Assembly: GCA_022797635.1 (NCBI GenBank)
Contig: JAAWKZ010000004.1
Location: 1 to 62,374, forward strand
Origin: Clostridia bacterium
GTDB taxonomy: Bacteria; Bacillota; Clostridia; TANB77; CAG-508
Direction: 5' to 3'
Length of the DNA stretch: 62,374 nt
Positions 10,352 to 20,800 of the stretch are shown here, one piece after another. Each line of letters opens with the position of its first letter. The stretch's first letter is position 1. Made by a program: the position numbers and the translations under genes. The notes under the pieces were generated by a model. The model saw nothing but the letters and a program-made list of their open reading frames with translations. It was not told the DNA's origin and made no database searches.

Positions 10352-11673
10352 TGTTTAAAACGATTATTAACGCATTAAAAACACCAGATGTAAGAAAGAG
10401 AATTTTATATACTCTATTATTAATCGTATTATTTAGACTTGGTTGCTTTATTACAATTCCAGGTGTTGATACATTTAAATTAAGTGAAGCTATGTCAGGA
10501 GCTAATGGAATGGCAGGATTAATTAACTTAATCTCAGGAGGAGCTTTCTCAAGATTCTCTATCTTTGCAATGTCTATTACTCCATACATTACTGCCTCTA
10601 TTGTTATTCAATTATTGGGTATGGTTATTCCTAGCCTAGAAAGATTAATGAAAGAGGGTGGAGAAGAAGGAAGAAATAAGATTAATAAGTATACTAAATT
10701 ATTAACAGTAGTACTTGCTTTAATTGAAGGTATTGGTTTATACCTATCTTATAGATCTTCTGGAATTTTTGTAGGAGAAGGATTTGCAACAGGAGCATTA
10801 GTAGTTATTTCTTTAATGGCGGGAACGGCGCTTCTAATGTGGCTTGGTGACCAAATCACAGAGAAGGGAATTGGAAATGGTATTTCTACAATTATCTTTG
10901 TAGGTATTATTTCAGGGCTTCCAAGTGCAGTGACAACTATTTGGAACTTAATTATGGGAACAGGAACATTTAGTACAACAGGATTATTAATGGCACTAGG
11001 AGTTATTATTGGAGCAATTATTTTAGTTGCAGGAGTAATCTTTGTACAACAAGCTGAAAGAAGAATTCCTGTACAATATGCTAAAAAAGTAGTAGGAAGA
11101 AGAATGGTAGGAGCACAAAATACACATATTCCATTGAAATTAGCAATGGCTGGTGTTATGCCAATTATTTTTGCTTCATCATTTATGACATTCCCAGCTA
11201 TGATTATTCAAATGTTTGTACCAGATATTGCAAGCCAAACTGGCTTCTGGTCAGTCATTTATAAATTCTCAATTGCTACTTCATCAGCAGGAGTACCAGT
11301 TGGATATACAATTGCAAACGCTATTGTATACTTATTACTAATTGTTGGGTTTACATTCTTTTATACATATGCAACATTCAATCCAGCAGAAGTGGCTAAT
11401 AACATTAAGAAAAATGGTGGATTTATTCCAGGTATTAGAGCTGGAAAACCAACATCAGACTATTTAGGTTCTGTAATTTCGAAATTATTATGGTTTGGTG
11501 GACTTTTCTTAGCAATTATTGCTATTTTACCAATGTTAACTAGATTTATTCCAAATGTAGACTTAACATTTGGTGGAACCTCTATCTTAATTGTAGTAGG
11601 TGTTGCATTAGAAATGGTACAACAATTAGAATCATTATTGGTTATGAGACACTACAAGGGATTTTTAGATTAA
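10351..11673 (+). CDS. secY: Preprotein translocase subunit SecY
   Basis: 440-aa polytopic membrane protein in the conserved spc operon position. Confidence 0.96.
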   Translation: MFKTIINALKTPDVRKRILYTLLLIVLFRLGCFITIPGVDTFKLSEAMSGANGMAGLINLISGGAFSRFSIFAMSITPYITASIVIQLLGMVIPSLERLMKEGGEEGRNKINKYTKLLTVVLALIEGIGLYLSYRSSGIFVGEGFATGALVVISLMAGTALLMWLGDQITEKGIGNGISTIIFVGIISGLPSAVTTIWNLIMGTGTFSTTGLLMALGVIIGAIILVAGVIFVQQAERRIPVQYAKKVVGRRMVGAQNTHIPLKLAMAGVMPIIFASSFMTFPAMIIQMFVPDIASQTGFWSVIYKFSIATSSAGVPVGYTIANAIVYLLLIVGFTFFYTYATFNPAEVANNIKKNGGFIPGIRAGKPTSDYLGSVISKLLWFGGLFLAIIAILPMLTRFIPNVDLTFGGTSILIVVGVALEMVQQLESLLVMRHYKGFLD

Positions 11674-11740
11674 TAATTATAAAAGGCATTTTAGGGCGGA
11701 CAGATATGTTCCGTCCAAAATGCGTGAAGGGAGAAAATCT

Positions 11741-12403
11741 ATGTATATTGTAATGTTAGGTGCCCCAGGTAGTGGAAAAGGATCAGCTGCTAAAATATTA
11801 GCTAAAAAAACTGCTCTTCCACATATATCTACTGGAGATATGTTTCGTGAACAGATTAAAAAGGAAACAGAACTTGGAAAGTTAGCAAATAGTTATATTT
11901 CAAAGGGTCAATTGGTTCCTGATGAAGTTACAATTAATATTGTAAAAGATAGATTAAATTGGGAAGACGCCACAAATGGTGTTATACTTGATGGATTTCC
12001 AAGAACCATAGAACAAGCAAAAGCATTAGATGAATTCTTAAAAGGACAGGGGAAAAGTGTTACCCTTGTACCAGAAATTATTATACCAGATCAAGTAATT
12101 ATTGAAAGAATTTTGAATAGAGCAACATGTTCTAATAAAGAATGTGGTGCAATTTATAATACGAAATTTAAACCACCTAAGATAGAGGGAATTTGTGACA
12201 TATGTGGAGCACCGCTATCTATTAGAAATGATGATAATGAGGAAACTATTAAAAGTCGTTTAGAAGTATATCGTCAAAATTCAAAAGACCTTGTAGAATA
12301 TTATAAAGAAAATGGTGTATGGACTTCAATTACACCAGATGATCCGACTGCAGGCAATGCATCAGATCAAGTAGTAGAAACAATTTTGAAGTTAACAAAA
12401 TAA
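11741..12403 (+). CDS. adk: Adenylate kinase (Cys4 zinc lid)
   Basis: MYIVMLGAPGSGKGS P-loop. The lid carries C-x2-C...C-x2-C. ATG 11741 follows GGGAG. Confidence 0.95.
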   Translation: MYIVMLGAPGSGKGSAAKILAKKTALPHISTGDMFREQIKKETELGKLANSYISKGQLVPDEVTINIVKDRLNWEDATNGVILDGFPRTIEQAKALDEFLKGQGKSVTLVPEIIIPDQVIIERILNRATCSNKECGAIYNTKFKPPKIEGICDICGAPLSIRNDDNEETIKSRLEVYRQNSKDLVEYYKENGVWTSITPDDPTAGNASDQVVETILKLTK

Positions 12404-12406
12404 ATA

Positions 12407-12438
12407 GTGTCAGAAAAAGGAACGTCCTCGACTTGACA
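12407..12438. repeat. Intergenic hairpin element, inverted copy of the 42818-42850 element
   Basis: GTGTCAGAAAAAGGAACGTCCTCGACTTGACA. Its reverse complement matches TTGTCAGGTTGGGGACGTTCCTTTTTCTGACAC at 42819-42851 with few mismatches. Confidence 0.6.
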
Positions 12439-12456
12439 AAAAAGGAAGTAAGAAAA

Positions 12457-13227
12457 TTGGTAACGATTAAATCGCAAAAAGAAATAGAAAAAATGAGAGA
12501 AGCCTGTAAACTAACAGGATTCGTATATCAAGAAATCGAAAAATATATTAGACCAGGAATTACAACTATGGATCTAGATCATTTTGCAGAAAAGATTATT
12601 AGAGAACATGGTGGTATTCCTGCACAAAAAGGATACCCTAGTGGAGAAAAAGATGTACCTGCATTCCCTGGAACTTTATGTGTTTCTATTAATGATGAGA
12701 TTATTCATGGAATACCATCTAATAGGAGAGTAATATGTGATGGAGATGTTGTTAGCATTGATTTAGTGGTTTATAAAAATGGATTTCATGGAGATGCTGC
12801 AAGAACTTTTGTTGTTGGTAATAGTACGCCACAGAAGAAGAAATTGGTGGATATTACAAGACAAGCTTTTTTTGAGGGAATTCAGTATGCAGTAAAGGGA
12901 AATCGTATTGGCGATATTTCTCATGCAATAGGTGAATTTGTTGAAAAAAATGGGTTTAATGTAGTAAGAGAATTTCAAGGACATGGAATAGGAGAAGAAA
13001 TGCATGAAGATCCAGGCATTCCAAATTATGGAAAAGCAGGAAGAGGAATAAGGCTAGAGCCTGGCATGACTCTAGCAATAGAACCAATGGTAATGATAGG
13101 AAGGCCAGATATTTGCGTATTAGATGATGGGTGGACAATTGTGACAGAAGATGAATCTTTGGCAGCACATTATGAAAATACAATTTTAATTACAGAAAAA
13201 GAGCCAGAAATATTGACATTATCATAA
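12457..13227 (+). CDS. map: Methionine aminopeptidase type I
   Basis: An M24A sequence. The start is uncertain. I prefer TTG 12457 (SD AAAGGAAG 8 nt upstream, giving (M)VTIKSQKEIEKMRE) over TTG 12433. Confidence 0.92.
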   Translation: MVTIKSQKEIEKMREACKLTGFVYQEIEKYIRPGITTMDLDHFAEKIIREHGGIPAQKGYPSGEKDVPAFPGTLCVSINDEIIHGIPSNRRVICDGDVVSIDLVVYKNGFHGDAARTFVVGNSTPQKKKLVDITRQAFFEGIQYAVKGNRIGDISHAIGEFVEKNGFNVVREFQGHGIGEEMHEDPGIPNYGKAGRGIRLEPGMTLAIEPMVMIGRPDICVLDDGWTIVTEDESLAAHYENTILITEKEPEILTLS

Positions 13228-13316
13228 AAATGCGATATACTATACAAGATATTGTGCCTAGGTGCAATTAATTTGGTTAATAAAGAATAAATTGACCATG
13301 AAAAATGGAGGAAAAT

Positions 13317-13535
13317 ATGTCAAAAGAGGATGTTATAGAAGTGGAAGGAACAGTAGTGGAAGCACTACCTAATACTAACTTTAAAGTTGAATTAGAAAAT
13401 GGACATCAAATCTTAGCTCATATTTCTGGAAAATTAAGAATGAATTACATCAAGATTCTTCCAGGCGATAAAGTAAAAGTTGAATTATCACCATATGATT
13501 TGACCAAAGGTCGTATCACATGGAGAGCAAAATAA
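13317..13535 (+). CDS. infA: Translation initiation factor IF-1
   Basis: [30 protein letters not shown]. Confidence 0.97.
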   Translation: MSKEDVIEVEGTVVEALPNTNFKVELENGHQILAHISGKLRMNYIKILPGDKVKVELSPYDLTKGRITWRAK

Positions 13536-13554
13536 TAGTAAGAGGTGAAAGAAA

Positions 13555-13668
13555 ATGAAAGTAAGACCATCAGTAAAACCTATGTGTGAAAAATGCAAGG
13601 TAATTAAAAGAAAAGGTACCATTCGCGTTATTTGCGAAAACCCAAAACATAAACAAAGACAGGGATAG
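13555..13668 (+). CDS. rpmJ: 50S ribosomal protein L36
   Basis: 37-aa ORF missing from the ORF track. [37 protein letters not shown], with an AGAGGTGA SD. Confidence 0.93.
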   Translation: MKVRPSVKPMCEKCKVIKRKGTIRVICENPKHKQRQG

Positions 13669-13832
13669 TTTAAAACTTATGAATATAGCACAAATCTTAA
13701 AGACGCGGCTGTAATATAGATTTGTGTTTATATATATGTCCAGAAAAATATTATTGATTGGTTTCTGCCAATGCATTTCACCAATAATAGGACAACAAAA
13801 AAGAAACAAAATATTTGGAGGTGTAAATAAAA

Positions 13833-14198
13833 ATGGCTCGTTTAGCAGGAGTTGATTTACCTAGAGAAAAAAGAGTAGAAATAGGACTAACCTATATTTA
13901 TGGAATAGGCCTAACAAGTTCACAAAAAATTCTTGAAAAAGCAAAAGTAGATCCTAACATTAGAGTAAAAGACTTAACAGATGATCAAGTACAAGATATT
14001 AGAAATGCAATGGAAGGTTATACAGTAGAAGGTGACTTACGTAGAGAAGTTGCTTTAAACATTAAAAGATTAACTGAAATTGGATGCTATAGAGGTATGA
14101 GACATAGAAGAGGTCTTCCTGTAAGAGGACAAAGAACAAAGACAAATGCTCGTACAAGAAAAGGACCAAGAAAATTAGTTAGCAAAAGTAAGAAATAA
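13833..14198 (+). CDS. rpsM: 30S ribosomal protein S13
   Basis: [26 protein letters not shown]. Confidence 0.97.
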   Translation: MARLAGVDLPREKRVEIGLTYIYGIGLTSSQKILEKAKVDPNIRVKDLTDDQVQDIRNAMEGYTVEGDLRREVALNIKRLTEIGCYRGMRHRRGLPVRGQRTKTNARTRKGPRKLVSKSKK

Positions 14199-14236
14199 AA
14201 TATAAGCCTGATAAAATAAGGAGGGAATAAATCAAA

Positions 14237-14638
14237 ATGGCAACAAAAAGTGTAACGAAAAAACCAGTAACTAGAAGAAGAGATAGAAAAAACATTGAAA
14301 AAGGTATGGCTCATATTCATTCTAGTTTTAATAATACAATAGTTACAATTACAGATGTTCAAGGAAATGCAATTTCTTGGGCAAGTGCTGGTGAACTTGG
14401 ATTTAAAGGTTCTAGAAAAAGCACACCATTTGCAGCTGGAGAAGCAGCAGAAACTGCAGCAAAAGCAGCAATGGAACATGGATTAAAATCAGTTGAAGTA
14501 TTTGTAAAAGGACCAGGTTCTGGTCGTGAAGCAGCAATTAGGTCATTACAATCAGCAGGATTGGAAATTAGCTCAATTAAGGATGTTACTCCAATTCCTC
14601 ACAATGGTTGTAGACCACCAAAAAGAAGAAGAGTATAA
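14237..14638 (+). CDS. rpsK: 30S ribosomal protein S11
   Basis: [22 protein letters not shown]. Confidence 0.97.
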   Translation: MATKSVTKKPVTRRRDRKNIEKGMAHIHSSFNNTIVTITDVQGNAISWASAGELGFKGSRKSTPFAAGEAAETAAKAAMEHGLKSVEVFVKGPGSGREAAIRSLQSAGLEISSIKDVTPIPHNGCRPPKRRRV

Positions 14639-14656
14639 GGATGGTGAAAAAATAAA

Positions 14657-15283
14657 ATGGCAAGATATAAAGATGAACAATGTCGTATTTGTCGTAGAGA
14701 AGGACAAAAATTGTTCTTAAAAGGTTCAAGATGCTACACAGATAAATGCAGTATTTCTAGAAGAAATTATGCACCAGGTCAAAATGGCCAAAAGAAAAAG
14801 AAACTTTCTGAGTATGGTACTCAGTTAAGAGAAAAGCAAAAAACAAAAGCTTTTTATGGTGTGGGTGAAAAACAATTTAGAAAATACTTTGATATGGCAT
14901 CTGCAAACAGAGGTAAAACAGGTGAAGTATTACTTCAAATTTTAGAAACTAGATTAGATAATGTAGTATATCGTTTAGGATATGGCGCATCACGTGCACA
15001 AGCAAGAATGTTAGTAACACATGGCACATTTGAAGTGAATGGTCATAAAGTAGACATCGCATCATATTTAGTAAAAGCAGGAGATGTAATTTCTGTAAGA
15101 GAAATTAGAAAAGATAATGGGGTTATTAAGCTAAACGTTGAAGAAAACGGAGCAAGACCAGTTCCAGAATGGCTAGAGAAAGATGTAAAAAACTTAAGTG
15201 GTAAAGTTGTAAAATTACCAGCAAGAGAAGATGTCGATTTACCAGTCGAAGAACATTTAATAGTAGAGCTTTACTCTAAATAA
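14657..15283 (+). CDS. rpsD: 30S ribosomal protein S4
   Basis: [23 protein letters not shown]. Confidence 0.97.
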   Translation: MARYKDEQCRICRREGQKLFLKGSRCYTDKCSISRRNYAPGQNGQKKKKLSEYGTQLREKQKTKAFYGVGEKQFRKYFDMASANRGKTGEVLLQILETRLDNVVYRLGYGASRAQARMLVTHGTFEVNGHKVDIASYLVKAGDVISVREIRKDNGVIKLNVEENGARPVPEWLEKDVKNLSGKVVKLPAREDVDLPVEEHLIVELYSK

Positions 15284-15337
15284 TAATTTAATTGTAAAAA
15301 TAGAAATGTTTTTCTATTATCTATTGGGAGGTAAAAA

Positions 15338-16285
15338 ATGATAGAATTCGAAAAGCCAAATATTAAATGCTTAGAGATGGATAATGATAAAAATTATGCA
15401 AAATTTGTATGCGAACCATTAGAAAGAGGATATGGTATTACAATAGGTAACTCTTTAAGAAGAATTTTACTATCCTCACTTCCAGGATGTGCAATTACAA
15501 GTGTTAAGATTGATGGAGTATTACATGAGTTCTCTACTATTCAAAATGTAGTAGAAGATGTTCCAGAAATTATTATCAATTTGAAAACTGTTAGTTTGAA
15601 AATGGATAAAAATGAGGAAAAAGTATTAAGAATTGATTTTAAAGGACCAGGAGAAGTAAAAGCTGGTGACATTATGACAGATGGTACAGTTGAGATACTA
15701 AATCCAGATTTACATATTGCTACAGTATCAGAAGGTGGTCATTTAGTAATGGAAATGACTGCAGATATGGGTAGAGGATATAACAATGCAGAAAAGAACA
15801 AAAAACCAGACCAAGCAATTAGTGTGTTACCAATTGACTCTATCTACACACCAGTAAAGAAAGTAAATTATGCAGTAGAGAATACTAGAGTTGGACAAAT
15901 GGTAGATTATGATAAATTAACTATTGAAGTTTGGACAAATGGATGCTTAAAGCCTGATGAAGCATTAAGCTTAGCTGCAAAAGTTATGACAGGTCACTTA
16001 GAATTATTTATTGACTTATCAGAAGCAACTAAAAATACTCAAGTCATGGTAGAAAAAGAAGAATCTAAGAAAGAGAAAGTTCTAGAAATGTCTATTGAAG
16101 ATTTAGAATTATCTGTTAGATCATTTAACTGCTTAAAGAGGGCAGCAATTTCTACTGTAGAAGACTTAACGAATAAAACAGAAAGTGATATGATGAAAGT
16201 AAGAAATCTTGGAAAGAAATCTTTAGATGAGGTAACTAATAAATTACATTCATTAGGATTAGACTTTGCCAAGGAAGAAGAATAA
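15338..16285 (+). CDS. rpoA: DNA-directed RNA polymerase subunit alpha
   Basis: 315 aa with N-terminal and C-terminal domains ([13 protein letters not shown]). Confidence 0.97.
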   Translation: MIEFEKPNIKCLEMDNDKNYAKFVCEPLERGYGITIGNSLRRILLSSLPGCAITSVKIDGVLHEFSTIQNVVEDVPEIIINLKTVSLKMDKNEEKVLRIDFKGPGEVKAGDIMTDGTVEILNPDLHIATVSEGGHLVMEMTADMGRGYNNAEKNKKPDQAISVLPIDSIYTPVKKVNYAVENTRVGQMVDYDKLTIEVWTNGCLKPDEALSLAAKVMTGHLELFIDLSEATKNTQVMVEKEESKKEKVLEMSIEDLELSVRSFNCLKRAAISTVEDLTNKTESDMMKVRNLGKKSLDEVTNKLHSLGLDFAKEEE

Positions 16286-16306
16286 GCAAGAAGGAGGGAA
16301 TAGAAA

Positions 16307-16831
16307 GTGGCAACAAATAGAAAACTAGGTAAAACAACTGATATTAGATTAGCAATGCTTAGAACATTAGTAACTGATTTAATATTACATGGTAAAATAG
16401 AGACAACTGAAGCTAGAGCGAAAGAAGTAAAAGCTATGGCAGATAGCATTATTGCTTTAGCCGTAAAAGAGAAAGATAACTTTGAAGAAGTAGAAGTAAA
16501 AGTTTCTAAAGCAAAATTAGATGCTAAGGGAAACAAAGAAACAGAACTTGTAAAAAGCAAAAATGGTAAAGAATATTTAAAAGTAGTAAAAGAAACAACA
16601 ACTGAAAAAAGGCAAAAAGATATGCCATCTAGATTAAATGCTAGAAGAAAAATGATGAAAACAGTTAATAAAGTAAGAGATGCAAAAGGAAACAATATTG
16701 ACTTAACTGCAAAATTATTTAATGAAATTGCTCCTAAATATGAAGGTAGAGTTGGAGGATACACAAGAATTCTAAAAACTGGACCAAGAAGAGGAGACAA
16801 TGCAGAAGTAGTTATTCTAGAATTAGTATAG
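16307..16831 (+). CDS. rplQ: 50S ribosomal protein L17 (long form with internal insertion)
   Basis: GTG start follows AAGGAGGG. The L17 N- and C-termini ([15 protein letters not shown]) flank a roughly 50-aa Lys/Glu-rich insert. Confidence 0.92.
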   Translation: MATNRKLGKTTDIRLAMLRTLVTDLILHGKIETTEARAKEVKAMADSIIALAVKEKDNFEEVEVKVSKAKLDAKGNKETELVKSKNGKEYLKVVKETTTEKRQKDMPSRLNARRKMMKTVNKVRDAKGNNIDLTAKLFNEIAPKYEGRVGGYTRILKTGPRRGDNAEVVILELV

Positions 16832-16859
16832 AATTTGCTCTAGAAAGGATGAAACAAGT

Positions 16860-17108
16860 ATGGAAATAGCAAAATATATTGTATTAGTTATTTATATAAT
16901 TGTATGTGTTGCTTTAATTATTTTAGCAACAATGCAAAATAGCGAAAAAGCAGGGGCTTCAGGAACAATTACAGGTTCTTCAACCAATAATTTCTATGAG
17001 CAAAATAAAGGAAGAACAAAACAAGGCAAGCTAAAAAGATGGACAATTATGTTAGGAATTGCATTTGTTGTATTAGCACTTGTTTTAGGTATTCTATATC
17101 TAGTGTAA
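16860..17108 (+). CDS. secG: Preprotein translocase subunit SecG
   Basis: 82 aa with two TM helices and the GASGTITG loop typical of SecG. Confidence 0.8.
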   Translation: MEIAKYIVLVIYIIVCVALIILATMQNSEKAGASGTITGSSTNNFYEQNKGRTKQGKLKRWTIMLGIAFVVLALVLGILYLV

Positions 17109-17130
17109 AACAAAATTATGTATTAATAAG

Positions 17131-17168
17131 GCACATCAATACAATTCGTACTGATGTGCTTTTATTTC
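17131..17168 (+). terminator. Rho-independent terminator after secG
   Basis: Stem GCACATCA / TGATGTGC followed by TTTTATTT. Confidence 0.75.
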
Positions 17169-17198
17169 AATATTTATTTAACAGGTAAGGAAATATAT

Positions 17199-17591
17199 AT
17201 GAAAATAATAGTTGTAGCAGCATTAATAAAAAAAGATGGAAAAGTTTTAATTGCAAAAAGAGCTACTGGGGATCAAAATGTATTAGGAAAATGGGAATTT
17301 CCAGGTGGCAAAGTGGAACAAGGGGAAAGTGAAAAAGATGCAATTGAAAGGGAAATATGGGAAGAATTTGATATTAGGGTGAAAGCACAAAGATATTTAG
17401 TAAATAATGTATGTGAATATCCTACTAAAATAGTAGACTTGAGATTATATAGTTGTGAGTATCTTTCAGGAGAATACCATTTACATGCACATTCAGAATA
17501 TAAATGGGTTACTATAGAAGAATTATCCAATTATGATTTTGCATTGGCAGATATTCCATTAGTTAAATATGTAAAGGAGAATAGGAATTGA
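17199..17591 (+). CDS. NUDIX hydrolase (MutT-like nucleoside triphosphate pyrophosphohydrolase)
   Basis: Contains the Nudix box GKWEFPGGKVEQGESEKDAIEREIWEEFDI. Confidence 0.88.
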   Translation: MKIIVVAALIKKDGKVLIAKRATGDQNVLGKWEFPGGKVEQGESEKDAIEREIWEEFDIRVKAQRYLVNNVCEYPTKIVDLRLYSCEYLSGEYHLHAHSEYKWVTIEELSNYDFALADIPLVKYVKENRN

Positions 17592-18613
17592 CAACTTTAA
17601 AAGAAATAGATGATATAATAAATATAGGGGAAATGTTTTCTCGTAAAAAATTGATGGAGATGTTTAAAATAAGTGGACAATCAGGGATTATGAAGACAAA
17701 GACCTTAAATTGTTTAGTTTTGGTTACATCTGAAAGTAATGGCGTTTATTCAGATAGTGGCATTGAAAATGGTACTATCCTATATACAGGAGAAGGATTA
17801 GTCGGTGATCAACAATTAAATAAAAATAATAAATCAATTTATGCATCAAGAGAAACTAAGCTGCCAATGTACTTATTCTCAAAAGATAAAGATAGAAATT
17901 ATATTTTTGAGGGAAAAGTAGAATTATGTGATGATCCACATCAAGTAATAGAAAAGGATAAAAAAGGCAATGATAGATTGGTATGGAAATTTCCTTTAAG
18001 AATAATATATCCTGAGAATAGAGATTTTCATGAGGATGATAGGTTACAACAAGTGGCAAATCAGGTTGCTAGGATAGAAGAAGAAATAGAGGAAAGAATA
18101 CACCAGGATGTTATTGAGGTGAAAGATGGACCATTAAAATTAAGAAAATATAGAAGAACAGGAGTTAGACAGCAAAGAACAAGTAAACCAGATTATATTG
18201 CAGAAGAAATAATAAAAAGTAAACAGGGTATAATAAATGAAGAAGCTATTTTTAAACAAGAACGAAAAAGGCTAGTAGAAGAAGGGGCTATAGAGCAGGT
18301 TGAAAAAATGGATGAATTCTTTGAGAATAAAAAAGAAAATGAAGGGTTTGATATACTCTCTTTTAAAAAAATGGAGAATGGAGAGTATAAAGAAATGTAT
18401 ATTGAAGTGAAATCAACAAAGGAAAATGAAGGAACTCCAATAGATATTACTTCAAATGAAGTAGAATTTGCAAAAGAGCATATAGAGGACTATTACTTAT
18501 ATAGAATTGTAAATAGTAAAACAGATCAAAGATATTTGAAGATTGTAACAGGTGAGGAATTATTTAGTAATTATAACTTTATTCCAACTAGTTTTAAAAT
18601 TTATTCAAAATAA
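17588..18613 (+). CDS. SRA/YDG-like domain fused to a DUF3883 PD-(D/E)xK nuclease; predicted modification-dependent (type IV) restriction enzyme
   Basis: The N-terminus (LVLVTSESNGVYSDSG..GTILYTGEG..GDQQL..NNKSI....LPMYLF....NYIFEGKVEL...WKFPLR) follows the SRA pattern. The C-terminus (GFDILSF...YIEVKST...ITSNEVEFA...YYLYRI) follows the DUF3883 pattern. The TTG start overlaps the NUDIX gene stop (TTGA). Confidence 0.65.
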   Translation: MTTLKEIDDIINIGEMFSRKKLMEMFKISGQSGIMKTKTLNCLVLVTSESNGVYSDSGIENGTILYTGEGLVGDQQLNKNNKSIYASRETKLPMYLFSKDKDRNYIFEGKVELCDDPHQVIEKDKKGNDRLVWKFPLRIIYPENRDFHEDDRLQQVANQVARIEEEIEERIHQDVIEVKDGPLKLRKYRRTGVRQQRTSKPDYIAEEIIKSKQGIINEEAIFKQERKRLVEEGAIEQVEKMDEFFENKKENEGFDILSFKKMENGEYKEMYIEVKSTKENEGTPIDITSNEVEFAKEHIEDYYLYRIVNSKTDQRYLKIVTGEELFSNYNFIPTSFKIYSK

Positions 18614-18628
18614 AGTAGAAGGAGAACT

Positions 18629-20545
18629 ATGAAAAAAGATTTTACAGGAATTTTTAGAGGAAATGAAAAAGGTTTTGGTTTTGTCAAAATAGAAGATCAA
18701 GAAGATGAAGTCTATATTTCTAGAGGTAATACCAAAGATGCCATTGATGGTGATGAGGTACTTATTAAAATAATAGAGGCAAGTCGAGAAGATAAGCACC
18801 AAGAAGGAAAGGTATTAAAAGTGTTAAAACATAATAAAGATACCTTTGTTGGTGTATTTCAAAAAAGTAAAAATTTTGGATTTGTGGTTCCAGATGATAG
18901 AAAAGTAAATAGTGATATCTTCATTTCAAAAAAGAATTGTGGAAAGGCGAAAAATAACCAAAAAGTAGTAGCTCAGATTACGAAGTTTCCACAAGGGAAT
19001 AAAAGTGCAGAAGGGAAGATTATAGAAATACTAGGATATCAAGATCAAGCTGGTGTAGACATGCTATCATTAGTAAAAGAATACGATTTACCTTATGAAT
19101 TTCCAGATCCTGTGATAGAAGAAGCAACTAGTATCAAACAAGAAGTGGCAAAAAAAGATATTCCTTATCGTCTAGATTTAAGAGAAAAAGAGATTTTTAC
19201 GATTGATGGAGAAGATGCTAAAGACTTAGATGATGCAGTAGCGGTAGAAAAATTAAAAAATGGAAACTATTTATTAAATGTATCTATTGCAGATGTTAGC
19301 TATTATGTAAAGGAAAACTCTTTATTAGATAGAGAAGCAATTGTTAGGGGAACTAGTATCTATATGCTAGATAGAGTAATCCCAATGCTTCCAAAAGAAC
19401 TATCAAATGGTATTTGTAGTTTAAATCAAGGAGAAGATAGATTTGCACTTACAGTTCTTATGGAAATTGACCAAAATGGAAAAGTAATCTCATCAGATAT
19501 TCAAAAAAGTATTATTAACGTAACTAGAAGAATGAGTTACAAAGAAGTACAAGCTATTTTAGATGAAGTAAAACAAGAGAACCCATATTTTTCACATTTC
19601 AAAAGAATGGCAGAACTTGCAAATATTTTAAAACAAAGAAGAAAATTAGCAGGAAGCTTGGAATTAGATATTCCAGAAAGTAAAATTGTTTTAGATAAAC
19701 ATGGTATAGCAGTAGATGTTAAAAAATATGAAATATATTTTACAAATGAATTAATTGAACAATTTATGCTAACTGCAAATGAAACAGTAGCAGAAAAGTT
19801 TTACTGGTTAGAAGCGCCATTTATTTATCGTGTACATGAAGTACCTGATATGGAGAAAATAGAGGAATTAAATAAGTTTTTATGGAATTTAGGGTATAAA
19901 ATAAAGGGAAGTAAAGACAATATTCATCCTAAAGCTTTTGCAGAAGTATTAGAGGAAATACAAGGTAAGCCAGAAGAAAGAGTAGTATCTAATTTGGTTT
20001 TAAGAACTCTAAAAATTGCAAGATATGAAAATGAAAACAAGGGGCATTTTGGAATTGCTAGTAAATATTATTGTCACTTTACTTCGCCAATTAGAAGATA
20101 TCCTGACCTATTTATTCATAGGATTATTTCAAAATACTTAGAAAATAATTATCAATTGTCAGATGAACAATTAGAAAAGTATCAAGAGCAATCGCTACGA
20201 TATGCAGAAAGTTCATCAGATAGAGAAAAAATTGCACAAAAAGTAGAAAGAGATGCCGAAGATATTAAAAAGGCTGAGTTTATGCAAGATAAAATTGGTG
20301 AAGAATATGATGGTATTATTTCAAGTATTACTTCTTTTGGTGTTTTTGTGGAATTAGAAAATACAGTAGAAGGACTAATTCGTTTTGATGATTTAGGAGA
20401 TGAGTATTTTATTTATGATGAGAGTAAAAAGACTTTACAAGGTGAGAAAAGCAAGAAGATGTATAAAATAGGGGATAGTATTCGTATTAGAGTTATTTTT
20501 GCAGATAAGTTAACAAGAAGAATAGATTTTGCAAGTGTTTGCTAA
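18629..20545 (+). CDS. rnr: Ribonuclease R
   Basis: Cold-shock-like N-terminus, RNB domain (HFGIASKYYCHFTSPIRRYPDLFIHR) and C-terminal S1 domain. Confidence 0.95.
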   Translation: MKKDFTGIFRGNEKGFGFVKIEDQEDEVYISRGNTKDAIDGDEVLIKIIEASREDKHQEGKVLKVLKHNKDTFVGVFQKSKNFGFVVPDDRKVNSDIFISKKNCGKAKNNQKVVAQITKFPQGNKSAEGKIIEILGYQDQAGVDMLSLVKEYDLPYEFPDPVIEEATSIKQEVAKKDIPYRLDLREKEIFTIDGEDAKDLDDAVAVEKLKNGNYLLNVSIADVSYYVKENSLLDREAIVRGTSIYMLDRVIPMLPKELSNGICSLNQGEDRFALTVLMEIDQNGKVISSDIQKSIINVTRRMSYKEVQAILDEVKQENPYFSHFKRMAELANILKQRRKLAGSLELDIPESKIVLDKHGIAVDVKKYEIYFTNELIEQFMLTANETVAEKFYWLEAPFIYRVHEVPDMEKIEELNKFLWNLGYKIKGSKDNIHPKAFAEVLEEIQGKPEERVVSNLVLRTLKIARYENENKGHFGIASKYYCHFTSPIRRYPDLFIHRIISKYLENNYQLSDEQLEKYQEQSLRYAESSSDREKIAQKVERDAEDIKKAEFMQDKIGEEYDGIISSITSFGVFVELENTVEGLIRFDDLGDEYFIYDESKKTLQGEKSKKMYKIGDSIRIRVIFADKLTRRIDFASVC

Positions 20546-20557
20546 AATGGCAAAAAT

Positions 20558-20597
20558 AAAAGAGTGAATGTCATCCATAGGCACTCTTTTATTTTTG
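20558..20597 (+). terminator. Rho-independent terminator after rnr
   Basis: Stem AAAAGAGTG / CACTCTTTT followed by ATTTTT. Confidence 0.7.
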
Positions 20598-20602
20598 AGT
20601 TT

Positions 20603-20773
20603 TTAATCACTTAAATAAACTACAATAGGAAACACAAGCCCAATAAGGGAAAGTATTATTAATACTATCCCTGCGGACTTATTTTTATTTACTTTTATCT
20701 CATAAAAAGCATAAGCAATACTTTCTATACACATAGTAATAGCAAATAGAGCAACTAGTAAAAAAGTAGCCAT
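20603..20773 (-). CDS. Small hydrophobic protein (56 aa, two predicted TM segments)
   Basis: Not in the ORF track. AAGGAG SD lies 8 nt upstream of the ATG. MATFLLVALFAITMCIESIAYAFYEIKVNKNKSAGIVLIILSLIGLVFPIVVYLSD. Confidence 0.45.
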   Translation of the reverse strand: MATFLLVALFAITMCIESIAYAFYEIKVNKNKSAGIVLIILSLIGLVFPIVVYLSD

Positions 20774-20800
20774 AAGATAAACTCCTTTATCATAAAAATA

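Noticed and set aside
14087-14720. ORFs 14087-14479 (-) and 14526-14720 (+)
   Set aside because: They overlap rpsM, rpsK and rpsD in other frames. They have no start context and no recognisable product.
16039-16800. 253-aa minus-strand ORF
   Set aside because: It is entirely antisense to rpoA and rplQ and has a low-complexity Ser/Leu/Phe-rich translation with no SD. This is the usual shadow ORF opposite Lys/Glu-rich genes in AT-rich DNA.
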